Notes: generated from the letters alone by a model not told the origin. Counted from the first letter of the stretch, positions 39,424-49,194 are shown. The stretch: 64,000 nucleotides of DNA from Motiliproteus sp. MSK22-1 (GCF_001968815.1 NZ_MIEQ01000049.1:155757-219756), one strand, 5' to 3'. Translations and numbers: made by a program.

Positions 39424-41820
39424 CTATTCGCCGTAGGGCGCCCAGATATTTTTTACTTCAGTTGCTTGTCGCAAAAATTCACGACCTTCCCCTTGAGTCG
39501 GGCTCAGCCAGTCTCGGCTCAGGCCATAGTTGACCCAAGTGCGTTTCAGACTGGCTGTAGACTCATTTTCAACCAGAGTGCTGCCTTCGGCATCACCCCA
39601 ATACCAGATAGCGTCCACGTTGTAGTGAGCCGCCAAAACTTTTGCCAGTTCGTTGCTGTTACCGGTGATAATATTGATGACCCCCGCTGGAACATCGGAG
39701 GTCTCCAGTATTTGATAAAAATCCAGAGCACTTAAAGGGTGGGTCTGTGAGGGGACAGCCACAACACGATTTCCCATGGCAATAGCGGGTGCAATTAACG
39801 AGATAAAGCCCAGTAGTGGTTCCTGATCAGAACAAACCACTGCCATCACTCCGTTAGCCTCGTGCATTGCCAAAGCCACACCTCGCATCGGTACCGAATG
39901 CACAGCACCGTCATATTTGTCTGCCCAGGCTCCATAGCTGAACAGGCGCTGGATAGAAACCTCCACTTCTTCAGCTGCCTGTTTGGTGCTGCAGCCGGTT
40001 TGTTCGCTAATTCGAGCCGCAAATTCTTCAGCTCGTGCGCTAAGGTTTTCTGCAATGTAATACAGAACCTGAGCACGATTGTGGCCACTGGCCTGAGACC
40101 AGCTGGTGGCTTTGGCTGCGGCTTCTACAGCGTTGCGGATATCTTTTCGGTTGCCTTCACCACAGTGCCCTAACAGCTCACCTTTCGGTGACAGAACGTC
40201 CAGGCTGTAACCCGAGTCCGGACGTACCTGTTTCCCTCCGATATAAAACTTGGCAGTGCGATCTAACCTGTTTTGAGTACTGGTTGTGCTGATTCCGGCG
40301 GATACGCCCGGTTTCGTTTTTGCCTTGATGGGCTTTGCAGTAGCAAGGTGGCGGGGCTTCAGGTATTCGTAAAGGCCTTCCCGACCACCTTCACGTCCAA
40401 AGCCGGATTCCCGGGTTCCACCAAACCCTGCTGCGGCATCAAACTGATTGGTACAATTGATCCAGGCAACCCCTGCTTTTATCTTCGGTGCGATATCCAT
40501 ACACAGATTAATGTTCTCACTCCAGATGCTGGCCGCCAGACCGTAGCGGGTATTATTGGCCAGTTGCACGGCTTCGGCGGGGGTGCGGAAAGTCATGCTA
40601 ACCAGTACAGGGCCAAAGATTTCTTCCTGGGCGACATAAGCTGATCCTTCCACTTCACTGAGTAGTGTTGGAGGATAAAAACAGCCGTTATCGCAGATAT
40701 CTACTTTTTCCACCTGGGGCTGGTAGATTTCAGCGCCTTCTTCAACGCCTTTCTTGACTAAGGATGTGATCTGTTGAAGTTGTATCGGGTCTACTATTGC
40801 ACCTAAATCAACGGTTTTATCCAGAGGGTTGCCGATGCGCAACGTATCCATACGAGCACGGATTTTTGCCAGCAATAGCTCAGCGATGCTTTCCTGTACA
40901 AGCAGTCGGGATCCTGCACAGCAGACCTGCCCCTGATTAAACCAGATAGCATCGACAATGCCTTCAACGGCGCTATCCAGGTCGGCGTCATCAAAGACAA
41001 TAAAGGGCGATTTGCCACCTAATTCCAACGTTAGTTTCTTACCGCTCCCCGCAGTTTTTTCACGAATCTGTCGACCGACTTCAGTTGATCCGGTGAAAGC
41101 GATTTTACTGATGTCCGGATGTTCACAAATCAGACTCCCGGTAGTGCCGTCGCCAGTGATGATATTGACCACCCCCTTTGGTAAACCTGCCTGTTGGCAG
41201 ATCTCGGCAAATAGCAATGCGCTGAGACTTGTGTATTCTGCCGGTTTCAGTACGACGGTATTACCACAGGCCAGAGCGGGGGCTACCTTCCAGGCGAGCA
41301 TCAGCAGCGGAAAGTTCCATGGGATAATCTGTCCAACGACTCCCAGGGCTTCCTGTTCAGGCATTTCGCTGTCCAGCAATTGTGCCCATCCAGCGTGATG
41401 ATAAAAGTGACGAATCACTAACGGGATATCTGCGTCGCGGCTCTCGCGGATGGGCTTTCCATTGTCCAGCGTTTCCAGCACGGCAAACAGGCGGGCGTGC
41501 TTCTGTATCAGGCGTGCCAGGGCATACAGGTGGCGGGCCCGTTGGTGTCCATTCAGGGCGGACCAGTCTGATTGTGCTTTTTTTGCAGCTTTTACCGCTT
41601 TATTAACAGTATCAGTACCGGCTGCGGATAAAGATGCCAGAACAGTACCGTCTGCCGGATTACGGCTATCAAACCGCTGCTCTGATTCGTCAGTATGGAA
41701 TTTACCGTCTATAAAATGGCCGAAACGACGCTGATGTTGGTCAAGCCATTGTAATGCTGCCTGACTCGTTTCCGGGGCCGTTCCATAGTCCATGTTTTCA
41801 AAGATTGTCATTAGGTTCAT
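39424..41820 (-). CDS. aldehyde dehydrogenase with an extra C-terminal degenerate ALDH-like domain (798 aa)
   Basis: Residues ~20-500 are a complete NAD(P)-ALDH (ELGGKSP, QGQVCCAGSRL catalytic Cys). Residues ~510-798 repeat an ALDH NAD-binding-like fold without catalytic residues. Sits between deoC and the transporter. Confidence 0.85.
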   Translation of the reverse strand: MNLMTIFENMDYGTAPETSQAALQWLDQHQRRFGHFIDGKFHTDESEQRFDSRNPADGTVLASLSAAGTDTVNKAVKAAKKAQSDWSALNGHQRARHLYALARLIQKHARLFAVLETLDNGKPIRESRDADIPLVIRHFYHHAGWAQLLDSEMPEQEALGVVGQIIPWNFPLLMLAWKVAPALACGNTVVLKPAEYTSLSALLFAEICQQAGLPKGVVNIITGDGTTGSLICEHPDISKIAFTGSTEVGRQIREKTAGSGKKLTLELGGKSPFIVFDDADLDSAVEGIVDAIWFNQGQVCCAGSRLLVQESIAELLLAKIRARMDTLRIGNPLDKTVDLGAIVDPIQLQQITSLVKKGVEEGAEIYQPQVEKVDICDNGCFYPPTLLSEVEGSAYVAQEEIFGPVLVSMTFRTPAEAVQLANNTRYGLAASIWSENINLCMDIAPKIKAGVAWINCTNQFDAAAGFGGTRESGFGREGGREGLYEYLKPRHLATAKPIKAKTKPGVSAGISTTSTQNRLDRTAKFYIGGKQVRPDSGYSLDVLSPKGELLGHCGEGNRKDIRNAVEAAAKATSWSQASGHNRAQVLYYIAENLSARAEEFAARISEQTGCSTKQAAEEVEVSIQRLFSYGAWADKYDGAVHSVPMRGVALAMHEANGVMAVVCSDQEPLLGFISLIAPAIAMGNRVVAVPSQTHPLSALDFYQILETSDVPAGVINIITGNSNELAKVLAAHYNVDAIWYWGDAEGSTLVENESTASLKRTWVNYGLSRDWLSPTQGEGREFLRQATEVKNIWAPYGE

Positions 41821-41829
41821 TCTGTTTGC

Positions 41830-42885
41830 TCAGCAGATAGGATGACGGAAACCGGCGGAGTAGCGACCGCTAACGGCGTGTTCCAATTGGCGTTCGATAT
41901 CGCCTAGAAGGCTTGAAGCCCCAAAGCGAAATAACTCTGGACATAACCAGTCATTGCCCAGTTCCTCTTTGATCAGCGATAGATAAACCAGTGCGTCCTT
42001 AGCTACACTGATGCCACCGGCAGGCTTGAAGCCAACCTTGTACCCTGTAAGCTGGTGGTAATCCCGGATCATTCGCAGCATAACCAGACTCACTGGCAGC
42101 GTGGCGTTAACGGGTTCTTTACCAGTCGATGTTTTAATAAAATCGGCACCGGCCATCATGCAAACCTGAGACGCTTTGGCGATGTTTCTCAGTGTTCCCA
42201 GTTCTCCTGTGGCCAATATGGTTTTCATATGGGCAGGACCGCAGGCTTCTCGATAGGCTTTTACCTCGTTGTACAGCGCCTGCCAGTCCCCGGAAAGAAC
42301 ATAGCGCCTGGAAATGACGATATCTATTTCGGTTGCTCCGGCGGCAACTGAGGCTTCGATTTCCTTGATACGTAACTCAAATGGAATCAGCCCTGCAGGA
42401 AAACCCGTAGAAACCGCAGCCAATCCCAGGTTGCTGCCCTCCAGGGCTTTACTGGCGGGAGCTAACATTTCGTGATAAACACAGACAGCTGCAGTAGTCA
42501 GTTTTAATGCTTCGATTCCCAGTGCTGCAACTATATCGTCGCGAATGGGCTTTCGAGCCTTCTGACACAGTCGGCGAACCCTGCTGGGAGTATCGTCGCC
42601 CGACAGGGTGGTGAGATCGATGAAACTGATGGCTTTTAATAACCAGGCAACCTGGTAGTCTTTTTTTACACTGCGGCGTGCACCCAATGAGGCACAGCGT
42701 CGTTCTACTGCACTGCGATTAACCCGAATGGCTTCTATAGTATCTAGATTTAAGTCGGTACCCGGGTTACGTGCTTCTTCATTATCTCCTGTTTTTGGAA
42801 GACTGGCTGAACGATGCGTGGAAGCGCTGTTTGTTTTAGCCACCTCCGGCAGATCCAGCGTGGATAGGTTACTCGTAGTGTTCAT
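41830..42885 (-). CDS. deoC: deoxyribose-phosphate aldolase, long (eukaryote-like) form
   Basis: LTTLSGDDTP, EIDIVI and Schiff-base lysine FIKTSTGK. ATG at 42885 verified; the ORF-track start at 42954 is an extension. Confidence 0.88.
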   Translation of the reverse strand: MNTTSNLSTLDLPEVAKTNSASTHRSASLPKTGDNEEARNPGTDLNLDTIEAIRVNRSAVERRCASLGARRSVKKDYQVAWLLKAISFIDLTTLSGDDTPSRVRRLCQKARKPIRDDIVAALGIEALKLTTAAVCVYHEMLAPASKALEGSNLGLAAVSTGFPAGLIPFELRIKEIEASVAAGATEIDIVISRRYVLSGDWQALYNEVKAYREACGPAHMKTILATGELGTLRNIAKASQVCMMAGADFIKTSTGKEPVNATLPVSLVMLRMIRDYHQLTGYKVGFKPAGGISVAKDALVYLSLIKEELGNDWLCPELFRFGASSLLGDIERQLEHAVSGRYSAGFRHPIC

Positions 42886-42978
42886 AAAAAAGCCTTTTGT
42901 CACCGCAAGCAAAGACGGTGAGTAGGTTGTTGGCATTAAGCAGGTCATTGACACAGGACAGGTCGATAGTGAGTATCC

Positions 42979-44019
42979 TCAGCTGTTTGTGCTCAAAACC
43001 TGTGATTGCTCATGCCTGGTTTTATTTGCTGCATTCATCAGGGCGACCAGCTCTTCTGCTGAAGTCTCACCCATCACCAAGTCTGTAATAACTCCGGTAC
43101 GTAAGGCTGCGAGTGTGGCTTTACCTTTGTCGTCACCACCGGCGATGGCGACAACCTGACGACCTCGAATATCCTCGATTCCGAGGCCGACACCTCGACG
43201 ATTGACTTCACTGACAACCTGCTGGCCATCAATGTCGATAAACTGGCCCATAACATCGCTGGCGGCGCCATTGTGGTTCAGTGCATGCCACTCATCATCA
43301 TCGATCATACGTACGCGGCATATGTGGGCATCAGCTTCCAGGCTGCCAATACCAATGACAAAGAGTTCGGATTTTCTGGCCACATCCAGCATTTCTTTGA
43401 CTGTTGGCTGAGACATCAGCATTTCTTTCTCTTGCTCATTGGTTGCGATGTAGGGAACGGGAAGCAGAAAACCTTCACCGCTTGTCCGTTCTACAAGGCG
43501 GTGTATGACATCAAAGGGGTTCGTTGAAAGTTTGCGGGTGAGGCTGCCGGATACTGATACAAATTTCAGCTCGGGCATCGACATTGTAGGCATTCTCTCC
43601 ACCACTGCAGACAGTGAACGGCCTTTACCAACCCCAATAAGAGTAGGCTTTTTATTCTGCAGGGTTGCATGAAGAAAGCGGGCTCCAGCGGCGCCAACAG
43701 CAGAAAACTTTGCCAGAGGGGAGCGGTCAGAATCATTGTAAACAGCCGGTGCCACCACACAGGAGCTGAGCCCGAACTGTTGGATTATTGCCTCTTCTAA
43801 AGCAACACATTTGGCCGGTTCTCCTTCTATGAAAACCTTTACCAGATTGTGCTGTTGAGCCAGTGCAATCAAACGGTGGGCTTTGGCTGAAGAAACCTGT
43901 AAGCGCTTTGCCACCTCTCCTTGAGTGTAGCCGCCTATATAAGAGAGCCAAGCTGCTCGGGTGGCCAGATCAAGTTGTTCCTGGCTAAGGGGGGGTTTAG
44001 TCGCCATAGCGTTGATCAT
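42979..44019 (-). CDS. SorC-family sugar-binding transcriptional regulator (Bacillus-DeoR type)
   Basis: N-terminal HTH (YTQGEVAKRLQVSSAKAHRLI) plus SorC sugar-phosphate-binding domain. First gene of the deo cluster. Confidence 0.85.
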   Translation of the reverse strand: MINAMATKPPLSQEQLDLATRAAWLSYIGGYTQGEVAKRLQVSSAKAHRLIALAQQHNLVKVFIEGEPAKCVALEEAIIQQFGLSSCVVAPAVYNDSDRSPLAKFSAVGAAGARFLHATLQNKKPTLIGVGKGRSLSAVVERMPTMSMPELKFVSVSGSLTRKLSTNPFDVIHRLVERTSGEGFLLPVPYIATNEQEKEMLMSQPTVKEMLDVARKSELFVIGIGSLEADAHICRVRMIDDDEWHALNHNGAASDVMGQFIDIDGQQVVSEVNRRGVGLGIEDIRGRQVVAIAGGDDKGKATLAALRTGVITDLVMGETSAEELVALMNAANKTRHEQSQVLSTNS

Positions 44020-44149
44020 CTGTCTCTAGTTGGATTTTTATTGGTTAGCACTGAGTTTCGATTTGTTACAGAGTATTGAAAAAAATCGCACCCAGTGAAT
44101 TATTTTTCAATTTTTACCAGTCTGATCTGTAAAGGTCAATAGAAATGAA

Positions 44150-44175
44150 TTCACAAAAACAGTGGTTTTTGTGAA
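44150..44175. promoter_or_regulatory. perfect 11-4-11 inverted repeat TTCACAAAAAC-AGTG-GTTTTTGTGAA; candidate operator
   Basis: Read directly. Lies 130 bp upstream of the SorC regulator start, within the 376-bp divergent regulator/mrcB intergenic region. Confidence 0.5.
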
Positions 44176-44395
44176 ATATTATTCAGTGAGTGGAAAAAAA
44201 ATCAATATTTTAGGGTGTTACAGATGAGTTCAATCAACTGCTGTATCAGGATAAAAAGGTGTTTTTTTATCTGAACAACAGATCCCTGAGTTGTTGAGAG
44301 CATGGCTTTGGTCGAATAATGGAAAGATAATGGATTTTGATAACAGATTGTCGTTGAAAACTGGACGGTAGTTTTTACCGGGTTATACTGCCGCC

Positions 44396-46735
44396 ATGGC
44401 TAAAAAGACACCCGCTGCCCGTGGCAGAAAAAAGCAAAATAAACCCGCTCGATCCCGCTCGTCCCGGTTTTTGACCTTCTTGTTTAAGCTCTCTCTTGTA
44501 GGCTTTGTAGTCGGTGGAATAGGGCTGATTTACCTGGATGCAACCATTCGAGCCAAGTTTGAGGGTAAGCGCTGGGCATTACCCGCCAAAGTTTACGCCC
44601 GTCCCTTGGAACTCTACGCAGGGCAAGCTCTAAAAGCGGAAGACTTGCGTCTGGAATTAAAAAGTCTTGGCTACCAGGCCGTCAAAAACGTCTCTCGACC
44701 AGGGCAGGTGTCAGTTAATGGTAATCGGATGCGGATTCGCACACGGGGATTTGGGTTTGCCGATGGGCAGGAACCTTCTCGCACGATTAATCTTAGCTTC
44801 AATACAGGCGGGCTTCACTCACTGGCTGATAAGCAAGGACGTGCTCTGCCTGTTGCGCGACTGGAACCGGTGCTGATAGGAGGGATCTACCCTGCTGATA
44901 ATGAAGACCGGGATTTGGTTAAACTGGAGCAGGTTCCAAAGGCACTGATCCAAGCACTGGTCAGTGTCGAAGATCGAAGTTTTTACGAACACTATGGCAT
45001 CTCCTTAAGAGGGATTGCCCGAGCAATGTGGAGCAATATTGCTGCCGGCAGGATGGTACAGGGAGGGAGTACGCTGACCCAGCAGCTGGTGAAGAACTTC
45101 TTTCTGACCAGCGAACGTACGCTCTGGCGCAAACTGATTGAAGCTCCGATGGCGATGTTGTTGGAGCTTCATTACAGTAAGGATGAGATTTTACAGGCAT
45201 ACTTGAATGAGGTTTATCTCGGTCAGGCCGGTGCTCGTGCTGTTCACGGTTTTGGGTTAGCCAGCCAGTATTATTTTGGTCGACCCTTGGATAGCCTGTC
45301 TTTGGATCAGCACAGCCTGTTGGCTGCTTTGGTGAAGGGGCCCTCTTATTATGATCCGAGGCGACACCCGGAGCGGGCATTAAAACGCAGAAATCTGGTT
45401 ATTGATTTACTTCGCCAACAGCAATACATCAGTGATGATTTAGCTGATAAAGCCAAAAAGCGTCCATTGGGATTAGTCTCAAATAAGACTCTGGTTAAGG
45501 GGGCATTTCCCGCATATTTGGATCTGGTCAAACGACAGCTTCGTCGGGATTATCGTCAGGAAGATCTGGCCTCTGAGGGGTTGCAGGTATTTACTAATCT
45601 GGATCCTATCGTACAGCTGAAAGCAGAGGCCAGTCTGGCCAAAGTAACAGGGCAATTGGCTAAACGACATGGCAACAAGCTCAAAGATATTGAGGGAGCC
45701 GTTGTTGTTGGAAATAGCCAGACCGGTGATGTAGTTGCTGTAGTTGGCGGGCGTAATGCCCGTTTTCAAGGGTTTAACCGGGCTTTGGATGCTATCAGGC
45801 CCATCGGTTCGCTTGTTAAGCCTGCGGTCTTTCTGGCTGCATTAGAACAGAGTCGGCAATATACCCTGGTATCGCAAATCCCTGATACACCACTGCGGAT
45901 AGATAACCCGAATGGAACAACGTGGGAGCCGAGGAACTTTGACAAAAAAAGCCATGGTACTGTCCCACTTCACCAGGCGTTGGCCCGGTCCTATAATCTC
46001 GCAACCGCTCGCCTTGGTATCGACATGGGAATGGATAAAGTGATTGATACTTTGCAGCGATTGGGAGTGCGAAGGGATATTTCCCCTTATCCTGCAACTC
46101 TGTTGGGCTCCTTGAGCCTGAGTCCTTTGGAAGTGATGCAACTTTACCAGACGGTAGCTTCCAACGGTTTTGAAACACCCTTAAGGTCTATTCGATCTGT
46201 GCTTACAGCGGACGGGAAGGTTCTATCAAGTTATCCTTTTGAACTGGAACAAAAATTTGATCCTGCCATTATGCATTTACTGCAATATGCGCTTCAGGAA
46301 ACTGTACGAGAAGGCACTGCTAAATCCGTCTATAAGCGCTTTCCGGCATCTTTAAATCTGGCAGGAAAGACCGGAACCACCAATGATCAACGGGATAGTT
46401 GGTTTGCCGGGTTTACTGGAGACTACCTGGCCATCAGCTGGCTTGGCAGGGATGACAACAAACCGACACCTCTGACCGGTAGCAGTGGTTCTCTCCAGGT
46501 TTGGTCAGAATTGATGACTCGATTGCGCCCTCAGTCCTACCAGGCTGTCATGCCGGAAGCGGTGAGTTATCATTGGGTTGATGATCGTACCGGTTGGTTG
46601 ACGGATGAAGTTTGTCCGGGAGCCCGATTAATACCGTTTGTCGATGGCTCTGTACCCGAACAAAAGCGTGGATGTCCGGAATCGTCTAAAGTCAGAAAGG
46701 CTGTTAACTGGTTCACTCGTTTATTTAGTAGTTAA
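44396..46735 (+). CDS. mrcB: penicillin-binding protein 1B (bifunctional glycosyltransferase/transpeptidase)
   Basis: 779 aa with cytoplasmic basic tail, TM, UB2H region, GT51 motifs (EDRSFYEHYGI, GGSTLTQQL) and a transpeptidase domain carrying SLVKP (serine motif), SYN and KTGTT. Confidence 0.93.
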   Translation: MAKKTPAARGRKKQNKPARSRSSRFLTFLFKLSLVGFVVGGIGLIYLDATIRAKFEGKRWALPAKVYARPLELYAGQALKAEDLRLELKSLGYQAVKNVSRPGQVSVNGNRMRIRTRGFGFADGQEPSRTINLSFNTGGLHSLADKQGRALPVARLEPVLIGGIYPADNEDRDLVKLEQVPKALIQALVSVEDRSFYEHYGISLRGIARAMWSNIAAGRMVQGGSTLTQQLVKNFFLTSERTLWRKLIEAPMAMLLELHYSKDEILQAYLNEVYLGQAGARAVHGFGLASQYYFGRPLDSLSLDQHSLLAALVKGPSYYDPRRHPERALKRRNLVIDLLRQQQYISDDLADKAKKRPLGLVSNKTLVKGAFPAYLDLVKRQLRRDYRQEDLASEGLQVFTNLDPIVQLKAEASLAKVTGQLAKRHGNKLKDIEGAVVVGNSQTGDVVAVVGGRNARFQGFNRALDAIRPIGSLVKPAVFLAALEQSRQYTLVSQIPDTPLRIDNPNGTTWEPRNFDKKSHGTVPLHQALARSYNLATARLGIDMGMDKVIDTLQRLGVRRDISPYPATLLGSLSLSPLEVMQLYQTVASNGFETPLRSIRSVLTADGKVLSSYPFELEQKFDPAIMHLLQYALQETVREGTAKSVYKRFPASLNLAGKTGTTNDQRDSWFAGFTGDYLAISWLGRDDNKPTPLTGSSGSLQVWSELMTRLRPQSYQAVMPEAVSYHWVDDRTGWLTDEVCPGARLIPFVDGSVPEQKRGCPESSKVRKAVNWFTRLFSS

Positions 46736-46834
46736 CGTTTAATCGTTAACTAGTCGCTGCTTTCAGTAGTTAACCGGAACTGCTGATGGTTAGTGCTTAT
46801 CAGTAATTATTTGTAAGTAGAGATTAGAAATTTA

Positions 46835-47413
46835 ATGACTAGGGCCCAAAAAGCAGTATTGTCCATTTTCCTACCTGTGATCCTTGCCAGTTGCGCTACT
46901 CATGATCCGAATCTGGTTGGGGTTGAAGACCGTTCAGGGCAGTCTCCTGGCCGGTCGTCATCTCAGGTCCTTATTCCTTCTCAGACAGGGACTCTGGAGA
47001 CGGGAAATGCTACTGGAAACGAGTCTACAGCACGGTCCTATCCGGCTGATTCTTCTTCAATCAGCGGGCAACCCTCAGAGGGATCCGAAGCAATCCCGCA
47101 ACCTATTAATATTGAAGCGCCGGTGATGACGGTTCAATCGAAACCACCCAGTGGTGCGCTGTTGGCCCTGCTTGAACAGGCAGAATCTCAACAACAGGCC
47201 GGTAACAATCAACGTGCTCTTTCATCGTTAGAGCGGGCTCAGCGGATTGCTCCCAGAGACCCCGCTGTCTATTTACAACTCAGTCGGTTACGGCTGGATA
47301 TGAAAGATTATCAGCGAGCAGAGCAGTTGGCACGTAAGGGCCTGAGCCTTTCATCCGGTAATAAACAAATGCAGCGTGCTTTTAATACACTGCTTAAGCA
47401 AATCAAGCGGTAA
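46835..47413 (+). CDS. LpoP-like outer-membrane lipoprotein (TPR C-terminus), putative PBP1B activator
   Basis: Lipobox LASC, long disordered Ser/Gly-rich linker and a C-terminal TPR-like helical repeat. Immediately downstream of mrcB as in Pseudomonas lpoP. Confidence 0.6.
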   Translation: MTRAQKAVLSIFLPVILASCATHDPNLVGVEDRSGQSPGRSSSQVLIPSQTGTLETGNATGNESTARSYPADSSSISGQPSEGSEAIPQPINIEAPVMTVQSKPPSGALLALLEQAESQQQAGNNQRALSSLERAQRIAPRDPAVYLQLSRLRLDMKDYQRAEQLARKGLSLSSGNKQMQRAFNTLLKQIKR

Positions 47414-47495
47414 CTCAACTGTTAAATCTCTGCTAGCCTAATAACCATAAGGACTACCGCTTCTGGCAGTCCTTCAGGAACAGGAGTGTGCACAG

Positions 47496-48041
47496 ATGAA
47501 TAACAGTTGGATGTATTTATTGGTTGCAGTCGGTTTTAGCTTTGCTCTCCAGGCTCAGGCTGATGATAACACCGTGGAATATTGTGAATCTGCTGCGGAG
47601 CTGGCCAAGCAGGGGCAGAATAAAGAGGCACTTGAAGAGGCTCGGTGGTGTGTAGAAGGGCTGGAGCAGGAGCTGCAGGCCTTGGAGAAAGAGCTGTTCA
47701 GTAAAACGATTGGGGATTGGAAGCGTGGCGAAGTTCGGCAGAACAAAGGTATGGGTATGTTTATCACGGAGACTAGTTACACTCGCGATAATATGAAGAT
47801 TGACATGACCCTGACTGGAGGAAGTGGTGCCATGGCGGCAGCGATGGCGCAAATTGGGATGATGCAAGGTGGCAAGCGGGTAAGGCTGGGAAAACATCGA
47901 GGTGTGATGACCCCCAAAGGTGAATTAAGTGTCAAACTCAATGATGGGCGGATGTTGATGTTTAAATCCCGTAATGCTGGAGCTGACGAACTACAGGCTT
48001 TTGCCAAGCAGTTTCCGGTAGCAGATTTGGATGGTAGTTAA
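47496..48041 (+). CDS. hypothetical secreted protein (181 aa)
   Basis: Signal peptide (…ALQAQA), a helical N-region with two Cys, and a Met/Gly-rich beta-region. No recognisable family. Confidence 0.5.
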   Translation: MNNSWMYLLVAVGFSFALQAQADDNTVEYCESAAELAKQGQNKEALEEARWCVEGLEQELQALEKELFSKTIGDWKRGEVRQNKGMGMFITETSYTRDNMKIDMTLTGGSGAMAAAMAQIGMMQGGKRVRLGKHRGVMTPKGELSVKLNDGRMLMFKSRNAGADELQAFAKQFPVADLDGS

Positions 48042-48052
48042 GTCGTCGGCAG

Positions 48053-48964
48053 TCAGAGGCGATAGCGGGTTAACGCAATCCCGGCCAGAACAATTCCCAG
48101 TGCCAGCAGGCTCTGGCTTGTCACAGGTTCATTCAGAAAAAGGGCTCCGGAGAAAAATGCCACCGCCGGAATAAGATAGTTGATGGTCGATAGAAAGGTT
48201 GGTCCGGCCCGTTGAATAACCTGAAAATAAATAATGGTGGCGATACCTGTTGGCCCAATACCCAGCCAGATGACCGCAATTAACGAGCTGGTGCTGAAGT
48301 TTGATAAGGAAAAATAAGCCGCAGTTGATTCTGAGTTGAGTACTGAGGTTAGGATACCGCTTTGAAAAGCCCAGATAGGTAGCGACATAATAGAGCCTGC
48401 TATAAGGACTCCTGCTCCTGCCACCAAAGGGGTAAAGCTTGGCAGTAACCTCGCCAACACAGTATTCAGGGCATAGCAGCAGGCTGCTATTAGCACCGAT
48501 AGTGCACCCAGTATCTCATGGCGTTGGCCTCCCAGTACTGGTCCTAACAGCAATACGATACCGCTGATCCCGACGGCAAATCCCAGTATCTTAAAGCGAT
48601 TTAAATTCTCTCCCGCAACAAAGTAGTGAGCTAATACCATTGTTGCCAGAGGCATAATGGCCATAATGACCCCTGCCATCCCTGAGGTAATGGATTTTTG
48701 ACCCCAGGCAATCAGGAAGAAAGGAAGTAGATTCCCAATCAAGCCCATCAGGAAAAAAGCAAACCAGGCCCGTTTGTCGGTGGGTAAGGTTAATTTTTTA
48801 ACAAATAATGCGGCTACCAGCACAGCTGCGCCGAGTAGCACACGCAAAGCCACGATGCCTACAGGGCTTATACTGTCCACCGCAAAGGCTATTACAAGAA
48901 ATGAAGTTCCCCAAAGAAATATCAGACAGAACAGCAAAATCCAGTTAACAAGTTGGAACGACAT
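48053..48964 (-). CDS. DMT-superfamily (EamA) transporter
   Basis: 10-TM EamA-type duplication. Start moved to the internal ATG at 48964; the upstream 40 aa of the ORF track are non-hydrophobic and implausible. Confidence 0.75.
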   Translation of the reverse strand: MSFQLVNWILLFCLIFLWGTSFLVIAFAVDSISPVGIVALRVLLGAAVLVAALFVKKLTLPTDKRAWFAFFLMGLIGNLLPFFLIAWGQKSITSGMAGVIMAIMPLATMVLAHYFVAGENLNRFKILGFAVGISGIVLLLGPVLGGQRHEILGALSVLIAACCYALNTVLARLLPSFTPLVAGAGVLIAGSIMSLPIWAFQSGILTSVLNSESTAAYFSLSNFSTSSLIAVIWLGIGPTGIATIIYFQVIQRAGPTFLSTINYLIPAVAFFSGALFLNEPVTSQSLLALGIVLAGIALTRYRL

Positions 48965-49194
48965 CAAATCTTTTCCAAAAAAACGATCATCATATCCAGT
49001 TGTTTCAGAGAACGCACTGCATCTATCTATTCTTTTTGCGGTTTCAGCGGCAGTACCGACACGTTGGCACTCTGGAGTCTGCAAGCGCGAGCAGATTCAA
49101 TCAATTTACAGCGACTGATTTATATTTATCAGTAGCTATCTGTCTATAGCTAAGAAACAGACGGCAGGGAATCAGGGTTGCACAGTTGGGCTGC

